Assembly (NCBI GenBank): GCA_964658025.1
Contig: CAZZXB010000050.1
Span: forward strand, 2,430-19,889
Direction: 5' to 3'
Length of the DNA: 17,460 nucleotides
Source: an uncultured Janthinobacterium sp.
Lineage (GTDB): Bacteria; Vulcanimicrobiota; Vulcanimicrobiia; Vulcanimicrobiales; Vulcanimicrobiaceae
Shown here piece after piece: positions 1 to 15,143 of this stretch. Below the pieces are notes generated by a model. It did no database searches. It was not told where the DNA came from and was given only the letters and a program-made list of their open reading frames with translations. Numbering within the stretch: position 1 is the first letter of the stretch; each line of letters begins with the position of its first letter. The position numbers were made by a program, and so were the translations under genes.

Positions 1-940
1 TCACGCTCGATGGATACCAGGGCGATCCGCTCACGCCGGACGCGAGCGCGCTCGCGACGGCGGCGGTCGCGTCGGCCGAACGTCCCGCGAGGCACAACAG
101 CGCCTCCGCGAGCGCCGTCACGACGACACCGAGCCGCGGATCGCGCGCGTCGCCGCGCAGATGATCGCGCGCCGCGATCGCTTCGAGCCCCGTTCCGATC
201 GCGCGACCGAGGGGCTCTTCCATGTCGGTCACGAGCGCGACCGACGGACGCCCGAGCCGTTCCGTCACGGCGACGAGGTCGTCGGCGAGCGCGTAGGCGG
301 CGTCGCGTTCCGGGAGAAACGCGCCGCGGCCCGCCTTGACGTCGTAGACGATCGCGCGCGCGCCGCCCGCGATCTTCTTCGCCACGATCGAGGCGACGAT
401 GAGACCCGCCGACGGAACGGTCCCCGTTCGATCGCGCAGCGCGTACGTGCGTCCGTCGGCCGGAACGAGGCGCGCGCTCTGCGCCGCGATCGCGCAGCCG
501 ACGTCGCGGACGATCCGGGCGAATCGCTCGGGCGCGAGATCGGTCCGGACGCCCGGGATCGCCTCGAGCTTGTCGAGCGTGCCCCCCGTGTGGCCGAGCG
601 CGCGACCGGAGAGTTTCGCGACGGGGACGCCGCAGGCCGCGACGAGCGGCACGACGACGAGCGACGCGGTGTCGCCGACGCCGCCCGTACTGTGTTTGTC
701 GACCGCGCGCGCGTCCGCGGTCGCGAGCGTCTCGCCGCTCGCGACGTAGGCGCGCGCGAGCGCCGTCGTCTCGTCGAGATCCATCCCGCGCGCCACGCAG
801 GCCATGAACAGCGCGGCGAGTTGCGCGTCGTCGATCCGTCCCGCGACGTACCCCGCGACGATCGCGGCCCACGCGTCCGGTTCGAGCGCGCCCCCGTCGC
901 GTTTGCACGCGATCGCCCGGCGCATCGCCGTTTCGTCCAC
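1..940 (-). CDS. pdp: Pyrimidine-nucleoside / thymidine phosphorylase (PyNP/TP family), 3' end truncated at the window edge
   Basis: Absent from the ORF track because it has no stop in the window. Manual minus-strand translation from GTG 940 (or ATG 925) gives MRRAIACKRDGGAL...IDDAQLAALFMA...VDKHSTGGVGDTASLVVVPLVAACGVPVAKLSGRALGHTGGTLDKLEAIPG...YALRDRTGTV...SIVAKKIAGG...YDVKAGRGAF...TDMEEPLGRAIGTGLE, which carries the family signatures DKHSTGGVGD and SGRxLGHTGGTLDKLE. Confidence 0.93.
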   Translation of the reverse strand, partial: MDETAMRRAIACKRDGGALEPDAWAAIVAGYVAGRIDDAQLAALFMACVARGMDLDETTALARAYVASGETLATADARAVDKHSTGGVGDTASLVVVPLVAACGVPVAKLSGRALGHTGGTLDKLEAIPGVRTDLAPERFARIVRDVGCAIAAQSARLVPADGRTYALRDRTGTVPSAGLIVASIVAKKIAGGARAIVYDVKAGRGAFLPERDAAYALADDLVAVTERLGRPSVALVTDMEEPLGRAIGTGLEAIAARDHLRGDARDPRLGVVVTALAEALLCLAGRSADATAAVASALASGVSGSPWYPSSV

Positions 941-993
941 GTCCGCCGCTTTGTCCGCGCGCGGCCGGAACTCCGCGCGCGAGCCTCCGGCAC

Positions 994-2364
994 GTGAACC
1001 CGCGGTCCGCGAACCTCCGGCGCGCGCTCCCGCCGCTCGGGATCGCCGTCGCGATGGGCGCGGGGGCGCTCGCCGCCCGCGCGATCGCCGCGCGGCATCC
1101 CGCGCGCCTGCACCTCGATTTCGCGCAACCGTTCCCGATCGCGACCGGCTGGGGCGGATACGGGGGACTGTGCTTCGCGGCGTTCGCTAGCGCGTTCGCC
1201 TGCGCCGTCGTGGCGTGGTGCGCGACGCTACGGATGTGGGCGCGCGACGGCGCGCCCCGCACCCCCGCGATCGTGGCGTTCGCGGCCGCGATCGTCGCGG
1301 CGTCCCTCGCGTGGCCGTTCGGTTTTTCGAGCGACGCGTACGCCTACGCGGCATACGGCGCGCTCGCGAACGCGGGGATCGATCCCTACGCGCCGCTCGC
1401 CGCGAACGTCCACGGCGCGATCGTCGACGCGGCACGCTTCCAGTGGGGCGGCGCGTTTCCGGTGTGCGTCTACGGACCGGCGTTCGTCGGGCTCGCGCGT
1501 CTCGCGGTCGCGTTCGGCGGCGGAGACGATCCGCGCTCCGCCCTCGTCGCGCTTCGCGGGATCGCCGCGCTCGCGTTCCTCGCGAGCATCGCGTTGCTCG
1601 ACCGCCTGCTCGCGACGGCGCCCGCGGCGCGGCGCGCGCGGGCGCTCGGCGTCTACGCGCTCAATCCGCTCGTCGCGTGGAGCGTCGCCGAGGGCCACAA
1701 CGACGCGCTCGTGGTCGCCGCGGTGTTCGCGGGACTCGCGATCGCGCGGGGCGGGCGCGGGTTCGTCGGCGCCGCGCTCGTCGGCCTCGCGCCCGTCGTC
1801 AAGGCGACCGGCCTCGCCTTCGCGATCGCCCTCGCGCTCGAAGCGGCGACGCGCTCGGGACGGACCGGGCGCGCGCGAACGCTCGCGGGTCTGGCGGGCG
1901 GGCTCGCGCTCGCCGCGGCGCTCGCGCTCCCCCCGCTCCTCCCCGCCCTCGGTGCGGAACGCGGGTCGGCCCGCTACGCGCCCGTCGCGTCCGCGGCCGC
2001 CCTCGTCGAGCCGCTCGCGGCGGCGTTCCTCGCGGCGGCGGTCGCGCTCGTCGGACTCGCACGCGTCCTCGCCCGCCGACGCGACGGCTACGCGATCGGC
2101 GCGATCGGCGTCGTCCTCGCGCTCCCCAATCCGTATCCGTGGTACGCGGTGTGGCTCGTCCCGTTCGCGCTCCTCGGCGGAGCGGGTCGCTGGTCGCGCG
2201 CGCTCGTCTGGGTGACGATTTTTTCCGCGGTACGTTACCTTCCCGACGCCGTCGGGACGATGACTCCGGGCGAACTCCGTATAACCGCCTCCGTCGCGCT
2301 CTCGCCGCTCGCCCTGGCCGCCGCGCTCGCGCTCTTCCGCCTCGAAAAGAAAGCCCTCACGTGA
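994..2364 (+). CDS. Polytopic GT-C-fold glycosyltransferase (GT87/DUF2029, MptA/MptB-like polyprenol-phosphate-sugar dependent)
   Basis: Many hydrophobic helices, with motifs SSDAYAYAAYG...DPY, VYGP, YALNPL...EGHNDAL, VK and PYPWY typical of MptA/B-like mannosyltransferases. The start could instead be ATG 1054. Confidence 0.78.
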   Translation: MNPRSANLRRALPPLGIAVAMGAGALAARAIAARHPARLHLDFAQPFPIATGWGGYGGLCFAAFASAFACAVVAWCATLRMWARDGAPRTPAIVAFAAAIVAASLAWPFGFSSDAYAYAAYGALANAGIDPYAPLAANVHGAIVDAARFQWGGAFPVCVYGPAFVGLARLAVAFGGGDDPRSALVALRGIAALAFLASIALLDRLLATAPAARRARALGVYALNPLVAWSVAEGHNDALVVAAVFAGLAIARGGRGFVGAALVGLAPVVKATGLAFAIALALEAATRSGRTGRARTLAGLAGGLALAAALALPPLLPALGAERGSARYAPVASAAALVEPLAAAFLAAAVALVGLARVLARRRDGYAIGAIGVVLALPNPYPWYAVWLVPFALLGGAGRWSRALVWVTIFSAVRYLPDAVGTMTPGELRITASVALSPLALAAALALFRLEKKALT

Positions 2365-2939
2365 CTGCTCTCCCGCTCCTCGGCCTGCTCGCGACGCTCG
2401 CGGCGCAGGTCCCGACGCCGACGCCGACGCCGCTTCCCGAGACGTCCCCCATGGCGACGGTCCCCGCGGCGGTCGGAACGCCGATCGCTCCGGTCTCGCC
2501 GGGCGCCACGGCCCCGGCCGCCGGTCCGTCGCCGCTCGGCCCGGCGTCCGCCGAGCCGGGCGTTCCGACGCCGACCGCGCTCCCGACCGCCTCGCCGACG
2601 CCGTCGCCGTACGCGTACCGGTTCGTTCCACGCCAACCGGACCACCCGGCCGCGGACCAGCCGCAGATCTTCGCCGTCTATCTCAACAGCAAGAAGCTGC
2701 GCTCGCAGGGCCCGATCATGATCCGCGTCACGACGAGTCCGGGCGTCGTCAAGGTCGTCTCGAGCAGCAACGGCAAGGAGGGCGTCGTCCCGAAGATTTC
2801 CGACGGTGATTTCGAAGCGTCGAGCATGCTCCCGAAACTGCCGTTCATCGCCTCGGGGATCACGACGACGATCGATTTCATCGCCGTCGGCGCGAGCGGC
2901 AAACGCGTGACCGTCCCCGTTCCGGTCGTCCTGCAGTGA
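2361..2939 (+). CDS. Secreted Pro/Thr/Ser-rich hypothetical protein with a C-terminal beta-rich domain
   Basis: GTG at 2361 overlaps the upstream TGA (GTGA). The hydrophobic N-terminus MTALPLLGLLATLAAQ is followed by a PTPTPTP/SPTPSP linker and then an ordered domain (PQIFAVYLN...IRVTTS...LPKLPFIA...IDFIAVG). This is the real 3' part of track ORF 1215..2939. Confidence 0.8.
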   Translation: MTALPLLGLLATLAAQVPTPTPTPLPETSPMATVPAAVGTPIAPVSPGATAPAAGPSPLGPASAEPGVPTPTALPTASPTPSPYAYRFVPRQPDHPAADQPQIFAVYLNSKKLRSQGPIMIRVTTSPGVVKVVSSSNGKEGVVPKISDGDFEASSMLPKLPFIASGITTTIDFIAVGASGKRVTVPVPVVLQ

Positions 2940-3532
2940 TCCGTCGGGCGGCCGCGGGCGCGAGCGCGATCGCGGTCGCCTGCGCGCTCGTCGTCGGCGC
3001 GGCGGATCACGCCCGCGCGCAGGCGCGACGCGTCGTCGACTCCGACGCGCCGACCGCGTCGCCCGTCGCGACCGCTCCGAGTCCGAGCGGGACCGCCCCG
3101 CCCTCGACGTCGCCGCTCCCGACGGCGTCCGCCGTTCCGACGCCGCCGCCGACGCCCGTTCCGACGCCGAGCCCGACCCCGCTCTACAATTACGTGTACC
3201 GTCCGCCCGCGGCCGCGGCGACGCCGCTGCCGGGTCCGGGCGCACCGCAGATCGACGAGATCGATCTCAGTCAGATCGCGTTCGTTCCGCCGAGCGACAT
3301 CCACGTTCGGGTCATCACGAACGCAACGACGACGGCCGTCGTCGCGACGACCCTCGGGCGGACCATCGAGATCCCGCGCGTGGCGAACGGCGTCTTTGCG
3401 ATCGACACGGGAATTCCGGCGATCCCGTTCTGGCTTGGGTACCTACGGAATCGCACGTATCCGATCACGTTCGTCGCGAGCGTCCCCGACGGCCGGAACA
3501 CGCAGGTCGTCCTCGCGCTGACGCTTCACTGA
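2936..3532 (+). CDS. Secreted Pro/Thr/Ser-rich hypothetical protein, paralog of 2361..2939
   Basis: GTGA overlap with the previous gene. Signal-peptide-like N-terminus ending in ARA-Q, a PT/PS linker, and a C-terminal domain that aligns by eye with the upstream protein (PQI.I.L, I.VRV.T, IP.IPF, I.FVA...DG). Confidence 0.8.
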   Translation: MIRRAAAGASAIAVACALVVGAADHARAQARRVVDSDAPTASPVATAPSPSGTAPPSTSPLPTASAVPTPPPTPVPTPSPTPLYNYVYRPPAAAATPLPGPGAPQIDEIDLSQIAFVPPSDIHVRVITNATTTAVVATTLGRTIEIPRVANGVFAIDTGIPAIPFWLGYLRNRTYPITFVASVPDGRNTQVVLALTLH

Positions 3533-3572
3533 CACCGCGCGCGCCGCGGTTCTCGTCCGAGAAAGTTCCTCC

Positions 3573-7103
<3,531 letters not shown>

Positions 7104-7156
7104 AGTCTCGGGCGGGCAGGAAGGCGTCGACCGGTCGCGCGAAACCGCCCTCGCTT

Positions 7157-7186
7157 GCGGAGCCTCGAATCGGCTCCGCGCCTTTG
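7157..7186 (+). other. GC-rich hairpin between mfd and prsA (weak terminator or 5' UTR stem)
   Basis: gcggagcc (7157-7164) pairs with ggctccgc (7172-7179) around a 7-nt loop. It is followed only by gccttt, a poor U-tract. Confidence 0.4.
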
Positions 7187-7208
7187 TGTCTAGCCCTTGG
7201 AGTTTCGC

Positions 7209-8165
7209 ATGTCCCTCGCGCCCCGTTCGCTCGCCGTCCTTACCTCGTTATCGCTTTGGCTCGGTCTCGCCGGATGCTCGTCCGGATCGAGCACGGGCGA
7301 CGTCGCGTCGGTCAACGGTACCGCGATCTCGCGCGCGGATTTCGACGCCAAGATGGAGTCCTCGCCGCAGGCGAAATCCGTGCTCAACCAGTTGGTCCAG
7401 GCGGCGTTGATCGATAAGTACGCGGCCGACAACAAGATCGACATCCCCGATTCGGCCGTCGATAAAGAAGAGAACGACATCAAGTCGAAGTACCCGCCCG
7501 GCGGCTTCGACCAACTCCTCAAGCAGCAGGGACTCACCGAGAGCGACGTGCGCAACATCCTGCGCGAGAAGCTCATCGTCGAGAAAGCCGTCGCGTCCAA
7601 CGTCCACGTCTCCGACGCCGATATCACGGCCTACCTCGCGAAGAATCACGCCACGCTCGATACGCCCGAGCAGGTGCGCGCGCGTCACATCCTCGTCCCG
7701 AGCGTGCAGACGGCGCAACTCGTCGAAGGCAAACTCAAGAGCGGCGGCGATTTCGCGGCGCTCGCGAAACAGTACTCGACCGATCCGTCGAGCAAGGACA
7801 AGGGCGGCGAACTCGGATTCTTCGGGAAGGGTCAGATGGTGCCGTCGTTCCAGGCCGCCGCGTTCTCGCAGCCGCTCAACAAGGTCGGGCCGCCCGTGAA
7901 ATCGCCGTTCGGCTATCACATCATCGAGGTCGAGGAAAAGAAGCCGGCACAGATCGCGAGCCTCGCGAACTCGCGCGACAAGATCGAGACGTTGCTCAAG
8001 CAGCAGCAGGAGCAGACGCAGATCCCCGCGTTCCTGCAGACGCTGCGCAGCAAGGCCGACATCAAGATCTACGACGACCGTCTCAAGGACGCGATTCCGC
8101 CGTCCGGTCCCGCGCCCGCCGCGAGCGACGCCGCGAGTCCCGCCGCATCGGCCTCGCCGAAATAA
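7209..8165 (+). CDS. prsA: PrsA-like parvulin peptidyl-prolyl isomerase / foldase lipoprotein
   Basis: GGAG SD at 7199-7202 before ATG 7209, lipobox LAGC, SurA-N-like region (VASVNGTAISRADF), and parvulin motifs VRARHILV, FAALAKQYSTD, GGELGFF, MVPSFQAAAF and KSPFGYHII. Confidence 0.92.
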   Translation: MSLAPRSLAVLTSLSLWLGLAGCSSGSSTGDVASVNGTAISRADFDAKMESSPQAKSVLNQLVQAALIDKYAADNKIDIPDSAVDKEENDIKSKYPPGGFDQLLKQQGLTESDVRNILREKLIVEKAVASNVHVSDADITAYLAKNHATLDTPEQVRARHILVPSVQTAQLVEGKLKSGGDFAALAKQYSTDPSSKDKGGELGFFGKGQMVPSFQAAAFSQPLNKVGPPVKSPFGYHIIEVEEKKPAQIASLANSRDKIETLLKQQQEQTQIPAFLQTLRSKADIKIYDDRLKDAIPPSGPAPAASDAASPAASASPK

Positions 8166-8197
8166 CTCCAAGAACTCGCCGCACGCGCGACGAACGG

Positions 8198-8228
8198 ATC
8201 CCCGAGATGAAGGTCTCGGGGATTTTTT
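8198..8228 (+). terminator. Rho-independent terminator after prsA
   Basis: Perfect 10-bp stem atccccgaga / tctcggggat with loop tgaagg, followed by ttttt. Confidence 0.85.
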
Positions 8229-8229
8229 C

Positions 8230-9414
8230 GTGGCGCTGATGCGGATCGTCGGGCTCGGGCCCGGCATCCCCAATCTCGTCACGCTCGGCGCGCTCGAGGC
8301 GTTGCGCGCGGTCGGTCGCGCGGTCGCGTTGCTCGCGCCGCCCGAACTCGTGCTCTTTCTCGAGAGCGAGGGCGTGACGATCGAGCGCGAGCTCGTCCCC
8401 GATGCCGCGTTATTCGTTCGCGGCTCGAGCGAGGCGATCGACGCGTTCGCGCGCCGCGCGCCCGCGGGCGATTTCGCGATCGGGGTGCTCGGCAACCCGC
8501 TCTCCGACTTTCCGGGTCTGCCGCTCCTCCTGCGCGCGCTCGAGAGCGCCGGGATCGGAACGGAACTCGTGCCCGGCATGCCGCGCGCCACGCTCTCCGC
8601 CGCGATCGCGATGCCGCTCGTTCCGTTGCCGCCCGCGTCGGCACATTATTCGTTTCGCGATCTCGTGGAAGTGATGGAGCGTCTCCGACGCGGCTGTCCG
8701 TGGGACCGCGAGCAAACGCACGAGTCGCTCGTGCCCTATCTCGTGGAAGAGACGTTCGAAGTGATCGACGCGATCGAATCGAAAAATCCGAGCGAGCTCT
8801 GCGAGGAACTCGGCGATCTGTTACTGCAGGTCGTCTTCCACGCGCAACTCGCGACCGAACGCGGCTCGTTTTCGATCGCGGACGTCGTCGACGGCCTCTC
8901 GAACAAGATGATCCGGCGTCACCCGCACGTCTTCGGAGATCGCGCGGTCGCGAGCGTCGCCGACGTGTGGCAGAACTGGGAGCAGCTCAAGGCGCTGGAA
9001 CCCTCGGCCGCGACGCGGACGAGTCGCCTCGACGGCATCCCGCGCGGCCTCGGCGCGCTCCAACGCGGGCAGAAGATGCAGGACAAAGCCTCGCGCGTCG
9101 GTTTCGATTGGCCCGCGATCGACGGCATCCGCGAGAAGCTCGCCGAGGAGATCGCCGAACTCGAAACCGCGCGACGCGACGGCGATCGCGCCGGAATGCG
9201 CGAGGAACTCGGCGACGTGATCTTCACGATCGTGAACCTCGCGCGCGCGCTCGAGATCGACGCCGAAGGCGCGATGCGCGCCGCGAACGACAAATTCTAT
9301 CGGCGCTTCACCTTCATGGAACGACGCGCCGAGAGCGAGGGGCGCAAGCTCGGCGACTTGTCGCTCGAAGAACTCGACGCGCTCTGGCGGCTCGCGAAAA
9401 CGCAGGCGGCGTGA
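8230..9414 (+). CDS. mazG: YabN-type MazG nucleoside-triphosphate pyrophosphohydrolase with an N-terminal tetrapyrrole-methylase-like domain
   Basis: N-terminal IVGLGPG motif followed by tandem MazG domains: [58 protein letters not shown] and ANDKFYRRF. Start is GTG 8230 or ATG 8239. Confidence 0.93.
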   Translation: MALMRIVGLGPGIPNLVTLGALEALRAVGRAVALLAPPELVLFLESEGVTIERELVPDAALFVRGSSEAIDAFARRAPAGDFAIGVLGNPLSDFPGLPLLLRALESAGIGTELVPGMPRATLSAAIAMPLVPLPPASAHYSFRDLVEVMERLRRGCPWDREQTHESLVPYLVEETFEVIDAIESKNPSELCEELGDLLLQVVFHAQLATERGSFSIADVVDGLSNKMIRRHPHVFGDRAVASVADVWQNWEQLKALEPSAATRTSRLDGIPRGLGALQRGQKMQDKASRVGFDWPAIDGIREKLAEEIAELETARRDGDRAGMREELGDVIFTIVNLARALEIDAEGAMRAANDKFYRRFTFMERRAESEGRKLGDLSLEELDALWRLAKTQAA

Positions 9415-9785
9415 GCGACGCGACGATCCGGCTCCGGATGAGCGCGCACGACGCGCACTACGGCGGCGATCTCGTCGACGGCGCGCGGATGCTCGCGCTC
9501 TTCGGCGACGTCGCGACCGAGCTGTGCATCCGCGACTCGGGCGACGAGGGACTCTTCGCCGGCTACGAACGCGTCGAATTTCTCGCGCCCGTCCGCGCGG
9601 GCGACTACATCGAAGCGGTCGGCCGGATCGTGCGCGTCGGGACGCGCTCGCGCGCGATGGAGTTCGAGGCGCGCAAGATCATCCAAGCGCGCCCCGATCG
9701 TTCGCCGAGCGCGGCGGACGTGCTCGCCGAACCGGTCGTCGTGTGCCGAGCGCGCGGCACGTGCGTCGTCCCCGCCGCTCAGTAA
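9411..9785 (+). CDS. kal: Hotdog-fold 3-aminobutyryl-CoA ammonia-lyase-like protein (Kal)
   Basis: GTGA overlap with the mazG stop. The sequence [69 protein letters not shown]...[10 protein letters not shown]...[20 protein letters not shown] closely resembles Kal of the lysine fermentation pathway. This is the 3' part of track ORF 8700..9785. Confidence 0.85.
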   Translation: MSDATIRLRMSAHDAHYGGDLVDGARMLALFGDVATELCIRDSGDEGLFAGYERVEFLAPVRAGDYIEAVGRIVRVGTRSRAMEFEARKIIQARPDRSPSAADVLAEPVVVCRARGTCVVPAAQ

Positions 9786-11572
9786 TTCGCGGCGGCGCGG
9801 ACCGCGTCCGTCGATTTGTCGAGATCGCCGAGGAGCTCCGGGCCGACGATCGCCAGCGGCGTCGTGCCGTACGAGAGCAACCGATCGTGAAAATCCAGCA
9901 ACGACGCCTTCGGGCCGACGCGATGCAGGTAATCGAGTAAGATCTGCTCGACCTGCGCGCGTCCCACGCTGTACGAGATCACGTACCCGGGCTGGGTCGC
10001 GATACCGGCGACCGCCTCGCGCGCGGCGGCGAGTGGGAACCCCGTCTGCTCCGCGAAGTACGCGACGGCGTGCTCGAAACTCCAGCGACCGGTCGCGAGC
10101 TCGGGATCGACGACCGCGCGCGCGCCGCGCACGCGCTCCCACTGTCCCGTGAAATACCGCCCGTCGAGATGATCGCCGTAGAGCCCGAGATCGACGAACA
10201 TCTCCTCGCCGTAGAACGCCCAGCCTTCGGCGAACGAGCCGCTTCCTTGGATCTTGCGGACGAAATCGGGATGGCGACGCGCGATCGAGAGTTGGAGGAA
10301 GTGACCGGGCATCGCCTCGTGCGCCGCGGTCGAGATGATGCGGTCGCGATCGAAATCTTGATTGGGATCGAGTCGCGCCGCGGCTTCGGCGAGCGATTTC
10401 GGCGGCGTGATGTAGTAGAACCCGCTCGTCTGCGGGCTGAACAGTAACGGCGCGTTCATCGACGCGCCGGGCGAGACGGGTTGCAGGAACTTCGGCGTCT
10501 CGACGACGTCGATCGTTCCGAGCCACGTCGGAACGGTCACGACGTGCGAGTCGCGAACGGTCCGTCGCAATTCGTCGATCCGCGCGCGATAGAAGGCGAC
10601 GAGCGCCTTACCGCTCGGGGCGATCCCGCCGCCGCTCGGCGCGCCGATCGGCGTGCCGCGCGCGCGGGCGACGCCGCGCAACCAGAACTGCACGACGGCG
10701 CCGTGCGCGAGCTCGTCGCGTCCGAGATGCTCGACGCGATCGGCGTCGTAGGGCACGAGCAGTTCGTCGCGCAGCATCGCGTCGTACGCCTTGCGCCCCA
10801 TCGCGTAATTTTCGGGCCAGCCGGCGACGTGCGCGTCGATGTAGCTCTTCGTTCGCGCGATCGACGCGAGCGTCGCATCGCGCGCGGCGACGAACGTCGC
10901 GAACTTCGGCTCCGACAGCGACGCGCGCGCCGCGGCCGTCAACGCGCCGCGCAGGAAGTCGGGCGCGCCCGCGAGCTCTTCCGAACCGACGACGCCGAAG
11001 AGGTGACCGGGTCGCACGACGAGCGCGCGCGCTCGCGCGATGTAGGCGGGCGCTCCCGAGAGCCGTCGCACGATGCGATCCCAAGCGAGATCGCGCGCCG
11101 CGCCCGGTGCCGCGGGCAGGTGCTGGAACTGCGTGAAGATCGCGTTGACGATCGAATCCGCGGGGGCGGCGGCATCCTTTTCGTACGTGCGGTAGACCGT
11201 GTACGTCCGCTCCATCGCGACGAGTTGCGCGCGCAGGAGCCGGGCGTCGTCGCGGACGCGTAACGGCGAACCCGTCACGTCGATCGCGTCGAGTCCGCGC
11301 TTCCACGCTCGGATCGTCGCGAGGTCGCGCGCGTTCTCGGCCGCGCCGGGGACGTCGAGCGATCCGTCTTCCGCCGCGATGCCGAGCGACGTGCCGACGA
11401 GCGGGTGAGCGCTCGCCCACGAGAAGGTCATCCGACGCGCGAGCGCTTGCAGTCGCGCGTCGGCCGAAGCGGGTTCGGGCGCGGCCGCGCGTGCGTGAGC
11501 GACGGGAACGAGGACGAGCGAGATCGCGAACGCGCGCGACGCGAACGCGCGAAGTGCGCGGAACGGATACAT
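9779..11572 (-). CDS. Secreted DUF885-family protein (putative metallopeptidase-like)
   Basis: Signal peptide (..VAHARA-A) and the motifs [27 protein letters not shown] and [19 protein letters not shown], all characteristic of DUF885. Confidence 0.87.
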   Translation of the reverse strand: MYPFRALRAFASRAFAISLVLVPVAHARAAAPEPASADARLQALARRMTFSWASAHPLVGTSLGIAAEDGSLDVPGAAENARDLATIRAWKRGLDAIDVTGSPLRVRDDARLLRAQLVAMERTYTVYRTYEKDAAAPADSIVNAIFTQFQHLPAAPGAARDLAWDRIVRRLSGAPAYIARARALVVRPGHLFGVVGSEELAGAPDFLRGALTAAARASLSEPKFATFVAARDATLASIARTKSYIDAHVAGWPENYAMGRKAYDAMLRDELLVPYDADRVEHLGRDELAHGAVVQFWLRGVARARGTPIGAPSGGGIAPSGKALVAFYRARIDELRRTVRDSHVVTVPTWLGTIDVVETPKFLQPVSPGASMNAPLLFSPQTSGFYYITPPKSLAEAAARLDPNQDFDRDRIISTAAHEAMPGHFLQLSIARRHPDFVRKIQGSGSFAEGWAFYGEEMFVDLGLYGDHLDGRYFTGQWERVRGARAVVDPELATGRWSFEHAVAYFAEQTGFPLAAAREAVAGIATQPGYVISYSVGRAQVEQILLDYLHRVGPKASLLDFHDRLLSYGTTPLAIVGPELLGDLDKSTDAVRAAANY

Positions 11573-11649
11573 GATACGGCGCGCTTCGCGTCGTTTTTCC
11601 GCGCTTCCCGTAAACGGACGACGCGACGGAAAACGCGAACGCGGTCTCC

Positions 11650-13930
<2,281 letters not shown>

Positions 13931-13931
13931 C

Positions 13932-15139
<1,208 letters not shown>

Positions 15140-15143
<4 letters not shown>

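Noticed and set aside
161..997. 278-aa plus-strand ORF
   Set aside because: Codon-for-codon antisense shadow of pdp with no family motifs.
978..1021. Direct repeat cgcga(g/a)cctccggc at 978 and 1008 in the pdp/GT divergent region
   Set aside because: Only two imperfect GC-rich copies, one probably within coding sequence; not distinguishable from chance.
1215..2360. Long N-terminal extension of the first PT-rich protein
   Set aside because: Off-frame overlap with the glycosyltransferase; the real start is GTG 2361 with a signal peptide.
2410..3185. ccgacg-type short tandem repeats
   Set aside because: They encode Pro-Thr linkers and have no repeat-spacer structure, so they are not CRISPR or a mobile repeat.
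8700..9410. Long N-terminal extension on the Kal-like protein
   Set aside because: Off-frame overlap with mazG; Kal similarity starts at GTG 9411.
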